DNA of 64,000 bases from the human T2T-CHM13v2.0 reference genome, Homo sapiens, in assembly GCF_009914755.1 (NCBI RefSeq), contig NC_060926.1. One strand, 5' to 3'. The notes below the pieces were generated by a model. It was not told the DNA's origin and ran no database searches. It saw nothing but the letters and a program-made list of their open reading frames with translations. Below are positions 25,917-39,529 of the stretch, piece after piece (the stretch's first letter is position 1; the number at the start of each line of letters is the position of its first letter). The position numbers and the translations under genes were made by a program.

Positions 25917-26352
25917 TGTTAAAAGAAAAACTTCAGCAGAATTAAATTTAAAGAAGTTTAATTGAACAATGAATGATTTGTGAATCGGGCAGCCCTCAGA
26001 ATCACAGCAGATTCAGAGAGACTCCAGGGATGCCTCATGGTCAGAACAAATTTGTAGACAAACAAAGGGAAGTGAAGTGATGTACAGAAACCGGAAGTGA
26101 GGTACAGAAACAGCTGGATTGGTGACAGCTTGGCGTTGCCTCATTTGAACACAGTTTGAACACTCAGCAATGTGTGAGTGGTTGAAGCATGGCTGCTGGG
26201 ATTGGCCAACACTCAGCCATTGTTACAGACACATACTCCTAAGTTAGGTTTTCAATCTTGTCTACCTATTAAGTTAGGTTACTGTTCATCCAAAAAGACT
26301 CAAATACTGAAGTACTGAGTCCTTCTCAGGACATTTTTAGTTTGCTTTAACA
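25917..26352 (-). mobile_element. MER57A-type ERV1 solo LTR
   Basis: TGTTAAAAG...TTTAACA termini; perfect 4-bp TSD CAGT (25913-25916, 26353-26356). Confidence 0.92.
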
Positions 26353-27222
26353 CAGTTGTCTCATTCAATTCCTCTATTTTCCAGAAAACGATCTGGTGTC
26401 TAGGAAGAGGAAGTGACTTGTCTGAGTTCACAGGGGGTTTCCCTTGCACCCTCCACCTCCCTTCCACTCCTTCTGTAGAGCTTTTCCATCCCACTGTCAA
26501 ACTCTGGAAGGGTCTTTCTTCTAAGTCTTCTCATTTTCAGAAAAGAATTTTTTTCTCTTGAGCTCTAACACAAAATTTCTTATCCCCATTGGAGACGATA
26601 AATGGAAATATATTTTGAAAAGTGAAGAGCATTATACCAACGGAGTAATCATTTTTAGTACTATTTGAAAGGTTAACTCCTAGCTAATCACAAACAGTTT
26701 CCAATATTAGGTTTTCTTAAAATGCAGCCAAATGATGACTTTCCCCGTCTTCCTCTAAACAGCCTCTCCACTGAACAATGTCAAAGAACGCCAGCCGCCA
26801 CAGTAAAACCCACACCCCAGGTCCCCTCCCCTTCTGTCTGGCAAGAGGCAGGGGGAAATCACATATGTCAAGCAGGGTCTAGACATTTGAGCTGCTTTCC
26901 CTCAACTTTTGGGAGGGCTTCTTTGGGATGACAGGGGGACAAAGGGTTGCTGTGTAAATTACCATGCAAATTGCCACAGTGTTTGAACTTAAGACACCTT
27001 TGCCTGCATTAGCTCAATGAATTCGAGTTTCTGCAACTCCCACGGTAGAGAGGATGTGAGTGCCTACCAGAGCTGAGCCACTAACCCCCTAAACAGCCCC
27101 GTATACTTGTCTCCATTGAGCTCCTAGAAATACACTTGAGGGTTGCTAAAATATGACGACCCAAATAGGGCATGCCTAAAACCATGTTTCCCTACCTTTC
27201 AGCAGGTTTCCTCTTTCAAAGC

Positions 27223-28403
27223 CAGTCCTAGTAGGACAGTGAGGAACAGTTCCATGGTGTGATGCTATGAGTGTGTCTGGAGGCACAAGTGAAGTCCACC
27301 ATATTTAGGTAGGGAACATAGCTACTGTGCGTTTCTTTCTTTTTCCTCCCTGTCTCCCGCCCTTTCATCTCATTCATTGGGTCAGCGCTCATGTGGGAAG
27401 TCACCTTCATCTTTGAGACTGGCACGCTTGGTATGTCAGTCCTGTCCCTGAGCCTGTGACCGAGAGGTGTGACCTCAGGGTATCTCCCTGTGGGCAGACA
27501 TCTCTGACTTTTGTTTGCTGGCTTGTTGCCTCCATTCCTTCCCATGGTGACATCTGTGATGGTGAAGCCTGCTGTCCGCATGCTGAGGTGGTGGCTGTGG
27601 TTTCTGATGAGGGTTGACAGCCACTGATTGTTGGCTTGCTCAGAGCACTCAGTTCATCTTTTATTTGTAGGAAGTGACTCTATGAGGGCACAGCCCTATT
27701 TTCAGGACAAACAGGGGACCATAGAAAGTGCCCTGAGGCATGTCTATTGTTGTTGGGAGGTTCCTAAAGAGTGATTCAAGGTAGGTAGGTTTGGTCCTGC
27801 TCTTCACAACTAACTCAATGAACTCAATGGCCATTGTGGCATAACAGCAATTCACATTCAGAGGCTTTTCTTTTTTTTTTTTTTTAGTTTAAAAAAAGCA
27901 CAACACTGACAGTTAATATTTATTGACCTTTATGTGCTGGACACTGAGATGAACACTCTGCATGTTTTATCTCATTTAAACTAGACTACAGAACTTCAAG
28001 GTAGGTGTATTAGGGTTCTCCAGAGAAGCAGAAGCAATAGGACTGTGTGTGTGCATGTGTGTGGGTGGGTGTGTGGGTGTCTGTTTGTGTATTTTAATTT
28101 TTTTAAAAGAGTAATCGGCTCATGTAATTGTTGGGGCTAGCAAGTTTGAAATCAGCAGGACAGGCCCGCAGCCTGGAGATCCAGGGAAGAGTTGAAGTTG
28201 CTGCTTGAGTCTGAAGGCAACCTGGAGGCAAAATCCCTTCTTTCTTGGGCACAAGGGACAGAAGCAGGGAGACAGGAAAAAGAAAGAAAAACGAAGCAGC
28301 TATAATATGTCCGCTACCTAAATATGGTGAACGTTGCTTGTACCTCCATATATGCTCATAGCATCGTGCCATGGAACTGTTCCTCATTGTCTTACCAGGG
28401 CTG
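27223..28403. repeat. Inverted repeat: arms 27223-27363 and 28253-28403
   Basis: Manual alignment gives 80/98 identical over the first 98 nt, then an indel and a shared TTTCTTTCTTTTTCC tract. Confidence 0.93.
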
Positions 28404-28612
28404 AGACACATCAGTCTTTTTTCTCAAAAGGCCTTCAACTGACAGAGTGATGCCCATTATATCATGGAAGATAATCTGCTTTACTCGAAGACTGCTGATT
28501 TAAATGCCATTTTCATCTAAAAAATACCCTCATGACCACATTTAGACTGGTATTTAACCACATATCTAGGCACTGTGCATAGCCAAGTTGACATGTAACA
28601 GGAACTATTAGA
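28006..28612 (-). mobile_element. MLT2 (MLT2D-like) ERVL solo LTR carrying a foreign ~150-bp insert
   Basis: TGTATTAGGGTTCTCCAGAGAA...GCCAAGTTGACA; perfect TSD GTAGG (28001-28005, 28613-28617). Confidence 0.9.
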
Positions 28613-28674
28613 GTAGGTATCATTTTCTTTGTATAGGTGAGGAAAACAAGTCTCAGAGAAATAAATTCACTTGC

Positions 28675-29168
28675 AATGGTAGTTTGGATAATGGTTCCAA
28701 ATATGGCCACGTTGTACTCCCCAGAACATGTAAATATTACCTTCTATGGCAAAAAGGATTCTGTAGATGTGGCTAAAGTAAGGATCTTGAGATAGGGGAT
28801 GATCCCAGATTATATTGGTAAGCCCGATGTAGTCAAGTGGCCCTTCCAGGAAGGATGAAGGAGGGTCAGAGTCAGTGGAGGTGGTGTGATGGTGGAGGTA
28901 GAGACTGGAGCCATGGACTTTGAAGATGGAAGAGGGGGACACAGGCCAAGGAACACAGGTGGCCACTAGAAGCTGGAAAAGGGGAGGAAATGGATTCTCC
29001 CCAAGAGTGTTCAGAAGGAGCCAGCCCTGCCAACACCTTGCTTTCAGTGAGACTGATTTTGGACTTATTGCCTCCAGAGAGAGATAATAAGTAAGAGAAT
29101 ACATTTGAGTTGTATTAAGCCACTGAGTTTGCTGCAATTTGTTACAGCAGCCATAGTGAGCTAATACA
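28675..29168 (+). mobile_element. MLT1D solo LTR
   Basis: GATAATGGTTCCAAATATGGCCAC...GCAGCCATAGTGAGCTAATACA; perfect TSD CTTGC (28670-28674, 29169-29173). Confidence 0.9.
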
Positions 29169-29464
29169 CTTGCCTAAGGCCATGTAGTTGGTAAATGGTA
29201 GAGGTGGGATTTGAAAGCAGGTGTGGCTGATTGGCTGACTCCGTGGCCTGAAACATGGAATGCTTTTATCATCACCAGTGCTGTTGACCTCTCTCAAACA
29301 GTAGTTCCTGAGCTCCTCTCTCCTCTCTGCTCCCATAATTCCTGTCTAGACTTTAGCCAAATGACCACAACTTTATGTATATTAACCTTATATAAAGAGG
29401 GTCAATTAGTGGTATAGGAGAGAGGGACTGGCAATAGGAGGCCAAAGGGTAATGAGGACATGAT

Positions 29465-29665
29465 CCTCTACTTATTGGGGTCCCACTGTGTAGCTGACAC
29501 TGTATAAACGCTGTGTGTCATTCTCCCAGCCTCCCTGGAGGTCAGGTGCTACTGTCATCTCTACATCATAGTTGAGGAAACTGAGACCAAGAGAGGTTAA
29601 GTAACTTGCCCAAGGTCACACAGCTGTGTAGCAGAGCTGAGGCTTAAAACTAGATCAGCTTGAGC
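29465..29665 (-). mobile_element. MIR
   Basis: GAGGAAACTGAGACCAAGAGAGGTTAAGTAACTTGCCCAAGGTCACACAGCT. Confidence 0.9.
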
Positions 29666-29849
29666 CGACACTTTCTGATCCTCTCCTCCTGGAGAGTCCT
29701 TATCATAGTGCAGCAGGAGGAGCAGCAGCAGGAGAGAAAAATGTTGGCAAAAAACTAGAGCGAGCTGAAGACCCAGCCTCCCTGGGTTCTTGCTCCCCTT
29801 CCAGAAAGCTCCATCTCAGGTGCACAGGTTCCAGTCCAGGGCCGGGGAT

Positions 29850-30600
29850 TCCTATAGTGTCTTCCGCACCCTTAAGTGGCCTTGTTACTCCGGTCATGGA
29901 GAAACCTACTTAGGTTTCCCTCCTCTCTGCCTTCTCGCCTTTCATTTCCCCTCTGGCTCCTTGGCTGCCCTTAGCATCTGCTGAGGTAGTGTTGGCTCCC
30001 TCCCTCCCTTCTCCTCCCCCTGCTTCTTTTTCATTTTCCATTATCATTGCTGCTCTTTTCCTTTTATTCTTCAATTTTGATCGCCTACGGGGGAGGACGG
30101 GGAGCTGAGGGTGAGTGCTGCTTTCTGCAGAGATCTGGCCTGACTTCTTTTGCCCGTCGAGAGTTAATGTGCAAGCTCCCGGAGGCAGGCAGGCCTAGGT
30201 CCATCACCCCAGGGAGCTGGACAGCCCGTGCACTGCAGATGATCCCTGGCAACCAGCGGGGACTGGAGCTGTGCTGTTGCGTCTTAGCTGAGCTTATGAC
30301 ATCGCAGAATAGGTTATCAACGACACTGGGCTAAAAATACCGTATTTATTTTTGAAATAACTTGTTTTGGCAGTTATAAATACTCTATGAAGTCAGCTTA
30401 GAATGTAGTCTAGCAGCTCTCAGACAACTGAATAATATTTCAGATGTGCACATTATTTTCTATGCAGAATTCAGCATGTAATTTCCAGCCAATTCTTTGC
30501 TATCCTGAGTAATGGAGGGCAGATTGGGTGCAGACCAAACCAGTGAATCATCAGCTTAGTGCAGGGTTACAGCCTAGGCTTCCAAACTGAGAATTTTACT
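29850..30600. promoter_or_regulatory. Candidate enhancer/promoter in repeat-free DNA
   Basis: Local CpG retention; MEF2-like CTAAAAATAC 30331-30340 and TTATAAATAC 30374-30383. Confidence 0.4.
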
Positions 30601-31071
30601 TTGGAGTAGATGTTACTAGAAGAAACGTTCAAGAAAGTTTTCTTTGCTTGCTAGGGACCCCTTTACCTTTGGGTAGCAGAGAGCTGAAGCGAGTCATCAT
30701 AACTCCTTCCCTTCTTCTCTTTCTCTTTCTGTCTTCCCTACCCCTCCCTCCTCTCTCCCTAGTTAAGGGCTATTAAAAAAAGCCACAATACCATTGTCAC
30801 ACTTAAAAAATTAATAATTCCTTAATATCAGGCTTCATCTAGTTTAAAAAACTATTTGAATCAGGATCCTATTAAGATCCACACAGTGCCATTGATTGAT
30901 ATATCTCTTAAGTCTCCTTTAACCCATACGTTCTCCTTCCATTTCTCTCTCCCTCTCTCTTTGAAATTAATTCGTTGAAAAGGTCTACATTTTTACTTGC
31001 TGCATAGTATTCCCCAGTGGGGATCTATCATTTCTCCCCTATTCTCCTATTGATGGGCATTTTAGGTTGTT

Positions 31072-31419
<348 letters not shown>

Positions 31420-31503
31420 TGAGATCTTTGTGCACATGTGCCAACATTTCTCTAGGGTAGCTACAAAGACACAAATATGGAAAATTGAAGGGCAAGCACA
31501 CTG

Positions 31504-31581
31504 TATTCGGTTGAACCATATGAAATTTTTGTAGGCCAAAGACAGTTGATTATTGGCAATTTCAAATGGTTCAGCCTAATA
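31504..31581. mobile_element. MADE2 mariner MITE (hairpin)
   Basis: TATTCGGTTGAACCATATGAAATT...AATTTCAAATGGTTCAGCCTAATA terminal inverted repeats. Confidence 0.85.
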
Positions 31582-31964
31582 CATTTTCATTAAAATTGCT
31601 AAATTGCCTATAAACATATTGTAGGAATTTGCTTTCCTCCCACCAATTTATAAGGGTTCCCATTTCCCCATACCATTGCCACTGTTAAAATGATCATTGT
31701 TTTACATGTTCTGTGAATCTGATGGGTGAAGAACAGTTTTCACTGTGCTTGCCAATGACTCTCAAGAGCTGTGGTACATGCAGTGAGCAGGTCCTTCTTC
31801 TGGTAGGAGCCAGATCTCCTCAGCATGACCCATACAAGATGGGCAGTACTGCTGCTGGGCTGTGCCCAGATAAAGCAGGTGACCCGTCAGGTGGGCTAAC
31901 TGCAGACAGAGAGAGGGGATTGGCTACATTTTCAGGTAGCTGCTGCTTCTCCTTCTCCTTCTTC

Positions 31965-32090
31965 TTTTTAACAGAGATGGGATCTTGCTACGTTAGTCAA
32001 GATGGCCTCGAACTCCTGGCCTCATGCAGTCTTCCTACCTCTTGCTCTCAAAGTGCTGGGATTACAGGTGTCAGCTACCACACGCCTGGC
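31965..32090 (-). mobile_element. FLAM / free Alu left monomer
   Basis: Single monomer GAGATGGGATCTTGCTACGTT...ACCACACGCCTGGC. Confidence 0.85.
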
Positions 32091-32434
32091 TATGTGAATT
32101 CTTTTCACTCCCTAGACTGAGCCGTGACCCCTAAGATAAGCTTATACCTGGCTGAAATAGGAAGCCGTTCAGCTGAAGCCTGTTGGCTTCATAGTTTGTG
32201 GCTACATAGGTAGCCTTCATCTCTGCTAAGGTACCTGCATTGGCTAGTGAGGAGTGACAATGGGCTGAATGGGAGTGAATACCCAAGGGCTCAAATATCC
32301 CTGGAAGGATATCTGGGCATTGCAAGGGCTGGGTCCCTGCTGTACCACCAGCTTTGCCCATTCAGGGCCTGAGAGGTTTCTTGCACTTGCTTCCCTAGTT
32401 AAGAGACCTAGTATGGAGGGAGGGGCATGGGAGG

Positions 32435-32680
32435 AAGTGATGGTGGTGGAAGGGACACTGGACTAGAGATTAAGAGACCTAATTTTGAGAACTTGTTTTG
32501 TCCATTAAAGCAATGTGACTGGGCCATTCCCTTCTTCAGTCTATCCCCAGGTGTCCCAACTGGAAAATGGGGGCATAAGGGCCTGTGTACCCCCTCTCTC
32601 CCCTACCAGTGTTATCACAGTGTTGCCGAGTCTGCAAAAGCATTTTGAAGGCATCTGTGTGCTCTGCAAAAGCAAGGCTT
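32435..32680 (+). mobile_element. MIR (MIRc-like)
   Basis: GGACTAGAGATTAAGAGACCT...ATGTGACTGGGCC...TGGAAAATGGGG. Confidence 0.6.
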
Positions 32681-33169
32681 AATGTTCAAAACCCACAGAC
32701 TCTGCAAGCTAGAGAAATGCCCCCTTTCCTGGTAATTATTCAGTAATTATTCACATAAGAAGGATTTCATTGTTATATTTCATATATTCGTTGTAGTTGA
32801 TGGCCTTTTAATAGTGACATTGAGTTTGTGTACAGAAAGGTTATTCATTTTAAGATTTCTGGGCCTTAATTGTTATTTGTTTTGCTTGGTTCCAGTGTGC
32901 TATAAATTAGTGATATCGACAGAACGTATTTGTCTTGGCACCATGATGTATTGTCTGTAGAGAGTGCTGTTTGGCCTGGCATCGGCCTGGATTTCCCCAT
33001 CTGTTTCTGATGTTTACATTGTTAAAGATACGATAGACACATAGGACATGGCCACATGCAGAGAGGGAACTTTTATCCACTCCAGTGCATCAAACAAGGT
33101 CTGAGCCTGCAATAAGCACAGCCCTAAATTACACTTGAGGCTGCTTAACGTCCAGGCCCAGCCCCTGCA

Positions 33170-33900
33170 ATGGCGGATTGATTGCTCGAGCCCTGGGGTA
33201 TTCACTCTCAGGAACGTTTTTAGCGGGCTCAACAGCTCAATCTTGACAAACTCATTTTTGCCTTGCATTTGAAAAGGGAGAACTGCACAAGCACAGGCTG
33301 CATTCCAATGTATTCCTGAGAAGCTCCAGAAAACCAGGGGTAGGAAGGATAAGGCATCAGTCTCAAGAGAATACCAGCGCCCTGTCCTTGGGGCAAATCT
33401 CTCCTGGAGGTCAGGGACCTGCAAGGGACTGGTGCTTGTTGTCAGTTCTGCTTCTGCAAGGCCCATCTCTCTGCAGCAGTGGGAGAAAAGATATCCTGTG
33501 GCTGGGCTGGTCCTAGGCCTCATAGAATTCTCCCACACATTGCCCACAATCTGCTAAAGTAGGGGCCCACATCTTTTTGTGAAGAGGCGATCTTAAAGTT
33601 TCCTCATTGTACGACCACAGGAGGGGAAGAAAGGAGGAAGGGGGTGTAGTCAGTTGGGTAGCGGAAAGGCATTGGAGTCTGTTGAGAGCAAAGGCTTTTT
33701 CCTCTTTAAACTCCCCAAATAAATGTGTGTGCATGCGTGATTGTGTGTGCATGCATGTGTGCATAAGGGGAGGTGGGAGGGAGAGGGAGATTGATTGCAC
33801 GAGGTACAGGCATTGCTGATGGAGGCAGCCAGCAGCCTTTTGATTAGCTTGAGGCAAGACTTTGACATCTGCTGTCACTTCATTACTGTCAGCCTGGAAA
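33170..33900. promoter_or_regulatory. Candidate TALE-homeodomain enhancer
   Basis: GATTGATTGCWCG twice; three TGACA/TGTCA sites in 33863-33891. Confidence 0.35.
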
Positions 33901-34873
33901 CCCTCCTCTGTACCCACTTCACACGTTGCTCTGGAGTCAGAGCAAGACCTGTCTTTCATTGTTGCTGAACTGTGATCTCCTTTCAATTCCCTGAAATGAA
34001 GGAGCTGGGAGGTTGGTTTCTTGAGCTTTCCCCCCTGCATCCAAGAGGGCACAGAGGTCTGGGTTTTGGAGCTTGGAGAGGAGAAAACATCTTCACATAC
34101 TCACTTCGGTTGGAGTGGAAACCAAGTCTACTTTTCCCACTTGCCTTATGCTTTTCTCCTTTTCTAACCTGGTGTCCTATTTGGGTAGGTACAGCTCCCG
34201 GTGGGGAAGACCAGAGTGGCAAATTATGTGGAATCATTCGACGTTGCAGGCCTGTTCAAATATCTGCTCACTGGTCACAGAAAAGTGCTTAAATTCCCTA
34301 ATCCAGGCCTTCCATCTTGTGCCCAGAAGCACTGTTTTTTAAACAATTCCCCTATTCCTCTCCCCAATCTCTCCTCTATCCTGCAGTCCAGATAAACTTT
34401 CCAGGACATTCATGGAAGGGTGATATATTGAAAGAGTCGTTAGTGTTTTATTTTGCTATATTTTTCCCTGTCACTGTGACTCCTGCGCTCTGAAGGAGGT
34501 ATCCAGACTTTGTATTTAACCCCAGGAGAGGCTTATGTTTTCTGGGGAGAAAGCAGAAGTTAACTGAAGAGAAGGAACACTCTTCTTAGCTTTGTTTCCT
34601 GAAAGCCCAAACTTCTTGAGAGGATTATGCTAGCAAGGATCACGGAAGAGGAGGAAAGGAGGACCGCCAGGGGCCTAACCTGCTCAGGGTTATACTCCAT
34701 CCTTTCTGGCCCGCCACTTGCTCTTCTGGAAACGCTCAAATAACCCCCACCGGTCTTTACAACTCAGCTCAGGTGTGAGCATAAGAACTCATGTCTGACT
34801 CCTTCCTGGGAACTGCCCATGCTCCTGTGAACACCCATGCCACCCTCTATCTCTCTCATCACAGCCCTGATCA

Positions 34874-35314
<441 letters not shown>

Positions 35315-35639
35315 CTATGGCACCCTTTTCTGGGCTGGCCCTGGTCCTCTTGCCCCGCTGGTCTGTTATATTGAGGAAGATCCCTTCACTCTCCTGTCCA
35401 GTGAGGGGGCAGGGCTGGATAATCCCCCAAATGCTTCCCAGTGCTAATATACCCAGGGAAGGAGACCATGGGACCTCAAACAAATAAAGGTGGCCACACT
35501 CATTGTTCTTTTTTAACACCACCATCTCCCCCACCATAGCTGTGGCTTTGGCTGAGGTGACATGGTCAGGGAAGGGCATGCATGAACCTATCCCCCAGAG
35601 ATCCAGAACCTTCCCTTTTAAACTGGGTGTCCCCCAGCC

Positions 35640-36690
<1,051 letters not shown>

Positions 36691-36712
36691 TTAATTTAAA
36701 AAGGAAGGGTGG

Positions 36713-36932
36713 GACCAGGTGCAGTGGATCATGCCTGTAATCCCAGCATTTTGGGAGGCCAAGGCAGGTAGATCACTTGAAGTCAGGCGTTTGAGACCAG
36801 CTTGGCCAACATGGTGAAATCCCGTCTCTACTAAAAATACAAAAATTAGCCAGGTGTGGTGGTGCATACCTGTAATCCCAGCTACTCAGGAGGCTGAGGC
36901 AGGAGAATCACTTGAACCTGGGAGGCAGAGGG
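36713..36932 (+). mobile_element. AluS, 3'-truncated and tail-less
   Basis: Stops at GGGAGGCAGAGG; flanked by TAAAAAGGAAG at 36697-36707 and 36933-36943. Confidence 0.93.
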
Positions 36933-37505
36933 TAAAAAGGAAGAGACGGCAAATATAGACACAACTTGGTCAACATTTGATCAACGAAAGGTCAACATTT
37001 GTATACTTACTTGATTGGAACATATCCAGTTTTTGATACTAGTTGGTAACTATAAACATTAAAGAATAAGAAATGTTACTGGAGAAACCCTGTTTTCTGC
37101 CTTTTATTCATCAAGTCTTAATATAGTAAAGAGAATAAAGATTTGCTCCATTGTAAAAGGTCCCATATGGCCTTAAGAATTTGTTCTAATAAAATGATGA
37201 ATGGCTCTTCACTCCATTAACAAATGATCATTAATTTTAATTCAAATGTCTGACATCTGTTCCTGATCTTTGTCCTTTCAAGTGTAATTAAAATAATTGT
37301 AAATATGCAATTCATCATTGAAAGTTACAGGTGATTGTACTATGTGGTATCTACTCTCCAGCCAGTGAGACTGTATTTCCTTGAGGGTGGAATTCATTCC
37401 AGCCATCAGCATGGGGGAACTGCTTAGGGTTATGGGGGAACAGAAGCGGAGTTTGTCTGTGTGGGAGGTGGCCATTTAAAGAGATGGCTTAAAAATGAAC
37501 TTCCT

Positions 37506-37883
<378 letters not shown>

Positions 37884-39529
37884 TTAGGTATCCACCCAGA
37901 ATATGGTGGGATTTCAAGGAGCTGGAAAAGTCTTCCTTCTCACTCACACCCCCAGAATAATCTAATCAAATATGCCTGATTCCTATAAGAAACAAAATGT
38001 TCCTTCTCACACTTAGAAGGGCTGTAAATTAAAGTGCCTTTGGAAGTGGAGATATTTTAATTCCCACTAAAGTAGCAATGACTGATATAAGCTCATTTCC
38101 TAAGAGGAAGCTTTAACATGGGAAGGATCCTAGGTGCCTAGAATAAGGAAAAGGACATAGAAAGGGAGGCTTACCAATACTCTCTTGCCTAGGCATTTCC
38201 AGAACTCTTAGATTTCATACCTTGCTCTGCCCTTGTCAGAGTAACAGGAGACGCCTGGAGCAGACAGCATGTGGAAAGGATTACCTCTGGGGTGAGGAGC
38301 TTGGTGCTGAAGCTGTCTGTAGGCTCAGTTCTAGGCTGTCTCAGGGAAACACAGAAATGGTGACTTTCTCAATGCCTGTAGGAATCTCTGGTCCCTGGAT
38401 AGGAGAAAACTGGCCTCGATCAACTGGGTCAGCAACTACCACAGAGCCACTCCCTTACTAAACCTCTCATATCTCTTTCTGGGAGAAAACAGGCTCTATT
38501 GTGGATGAAATAAAACTTTTACTACACTGCGGAAAACTGTGCAAGTGAAGTGTTTTCCATATACCTGGGTCTGAATTGTTATAGGGAAATTTTGTTGTAA
38601 TAGGGCCTATGATCTCAGAAACCAGGTTTTTATCCGGAGGCTATTCTACTTTTATAACCATATCAAATCAGTGGAACATATGAGCTTGTGATGATTTTGT
38701 TTCTTAGATCTGTCGTGTTTGTGAAACCAATTTCTGCTCCTGACACAGGTTCAGCCAGGACATTGTATCAGGAGAAAGGAATGGGTATCTTTCTTCCTCC
38801 CTCCGTCCTTCCCTCCCTTCTTTCCTGTTTTCCTCCTGACTCCCTCCTACCCCTTCCTCCCTCACTCTCTTTCCTTCTGATCCCTCTTTCTAACCAAAGG
38901 AAGGGTTTAAGACTTTTCTGGGGATCTGTTTTCCCCCATTAAACCCAGGAGAGTAGGTGTTGAGGATGCCAGTCCTGGGATCAGGGAGGAGAAAACTCCT
39001 GAACTCCTGTCACTTATCCATCTTCCATTCTCCCCATGCTTTTAGGAGGTGGGAGTGAAACGGAGAAATGTCTCCCCTGGTAACAGCCCGCATGCAAGCA
39101 GAAGAGGTGCCTATGAGGTTGTAATAACTGTGAAGTTCAGATTTGCTGCGGAGGAGTAGGTTTGAATGATAAGAAGCCATAAGCATCTCTTCTATTTTCT
39201 CCTGGGGTCTCTTCCCTGTTGAAAACAAGGAAGCTGTAACTTTCCTTGAGTTAAACTAGCTATTCCCAAGTAAATGTCTCAGCTATTTCAGTCTTCCAAG
39301 GTGGGACTTTCGCCATCAATTAGTTTGCAAATCTTTAATCCTAATGCTTAAAATATTACCTCTGGACATTCTACGCATGCTGTGTTTGACGGAAAGGGAC
39401 AATTATTTCTGGCCTTAAAATAGACTGAATCTGAAGCTGTATTTGAATCTTCCTCTCACATCAACACCTTGTAATCGATGGGGTACATTTTTTATAGTTG
39501 GTGAGAGGAAATATAATTCTATATGTAGA

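Larger units (their letters stand above)
27910..29235 (-). mobile_element. MIR split into three pieces (~27910-28005, 28613-28674, 29169-29235) by two LTR insertions
   Basis: The pieces join into a colinear reverse MIR once the LTRs and one copy of each TSD are removed. Confidence 0.8.

Noticed and set aside
33014-34052. 177-aa and 179-aa minus-strand ORFs
   Set aside because: No recognisable domain; part comes from a TG/CA-rich repeat; the region looks regulatory rather than coding
36968-37001. GGTCAACATTTG direct repeat with 11-bp periodicity
   Set aside because: Only about three degenerate units; ordinary micro-duplication, not an array
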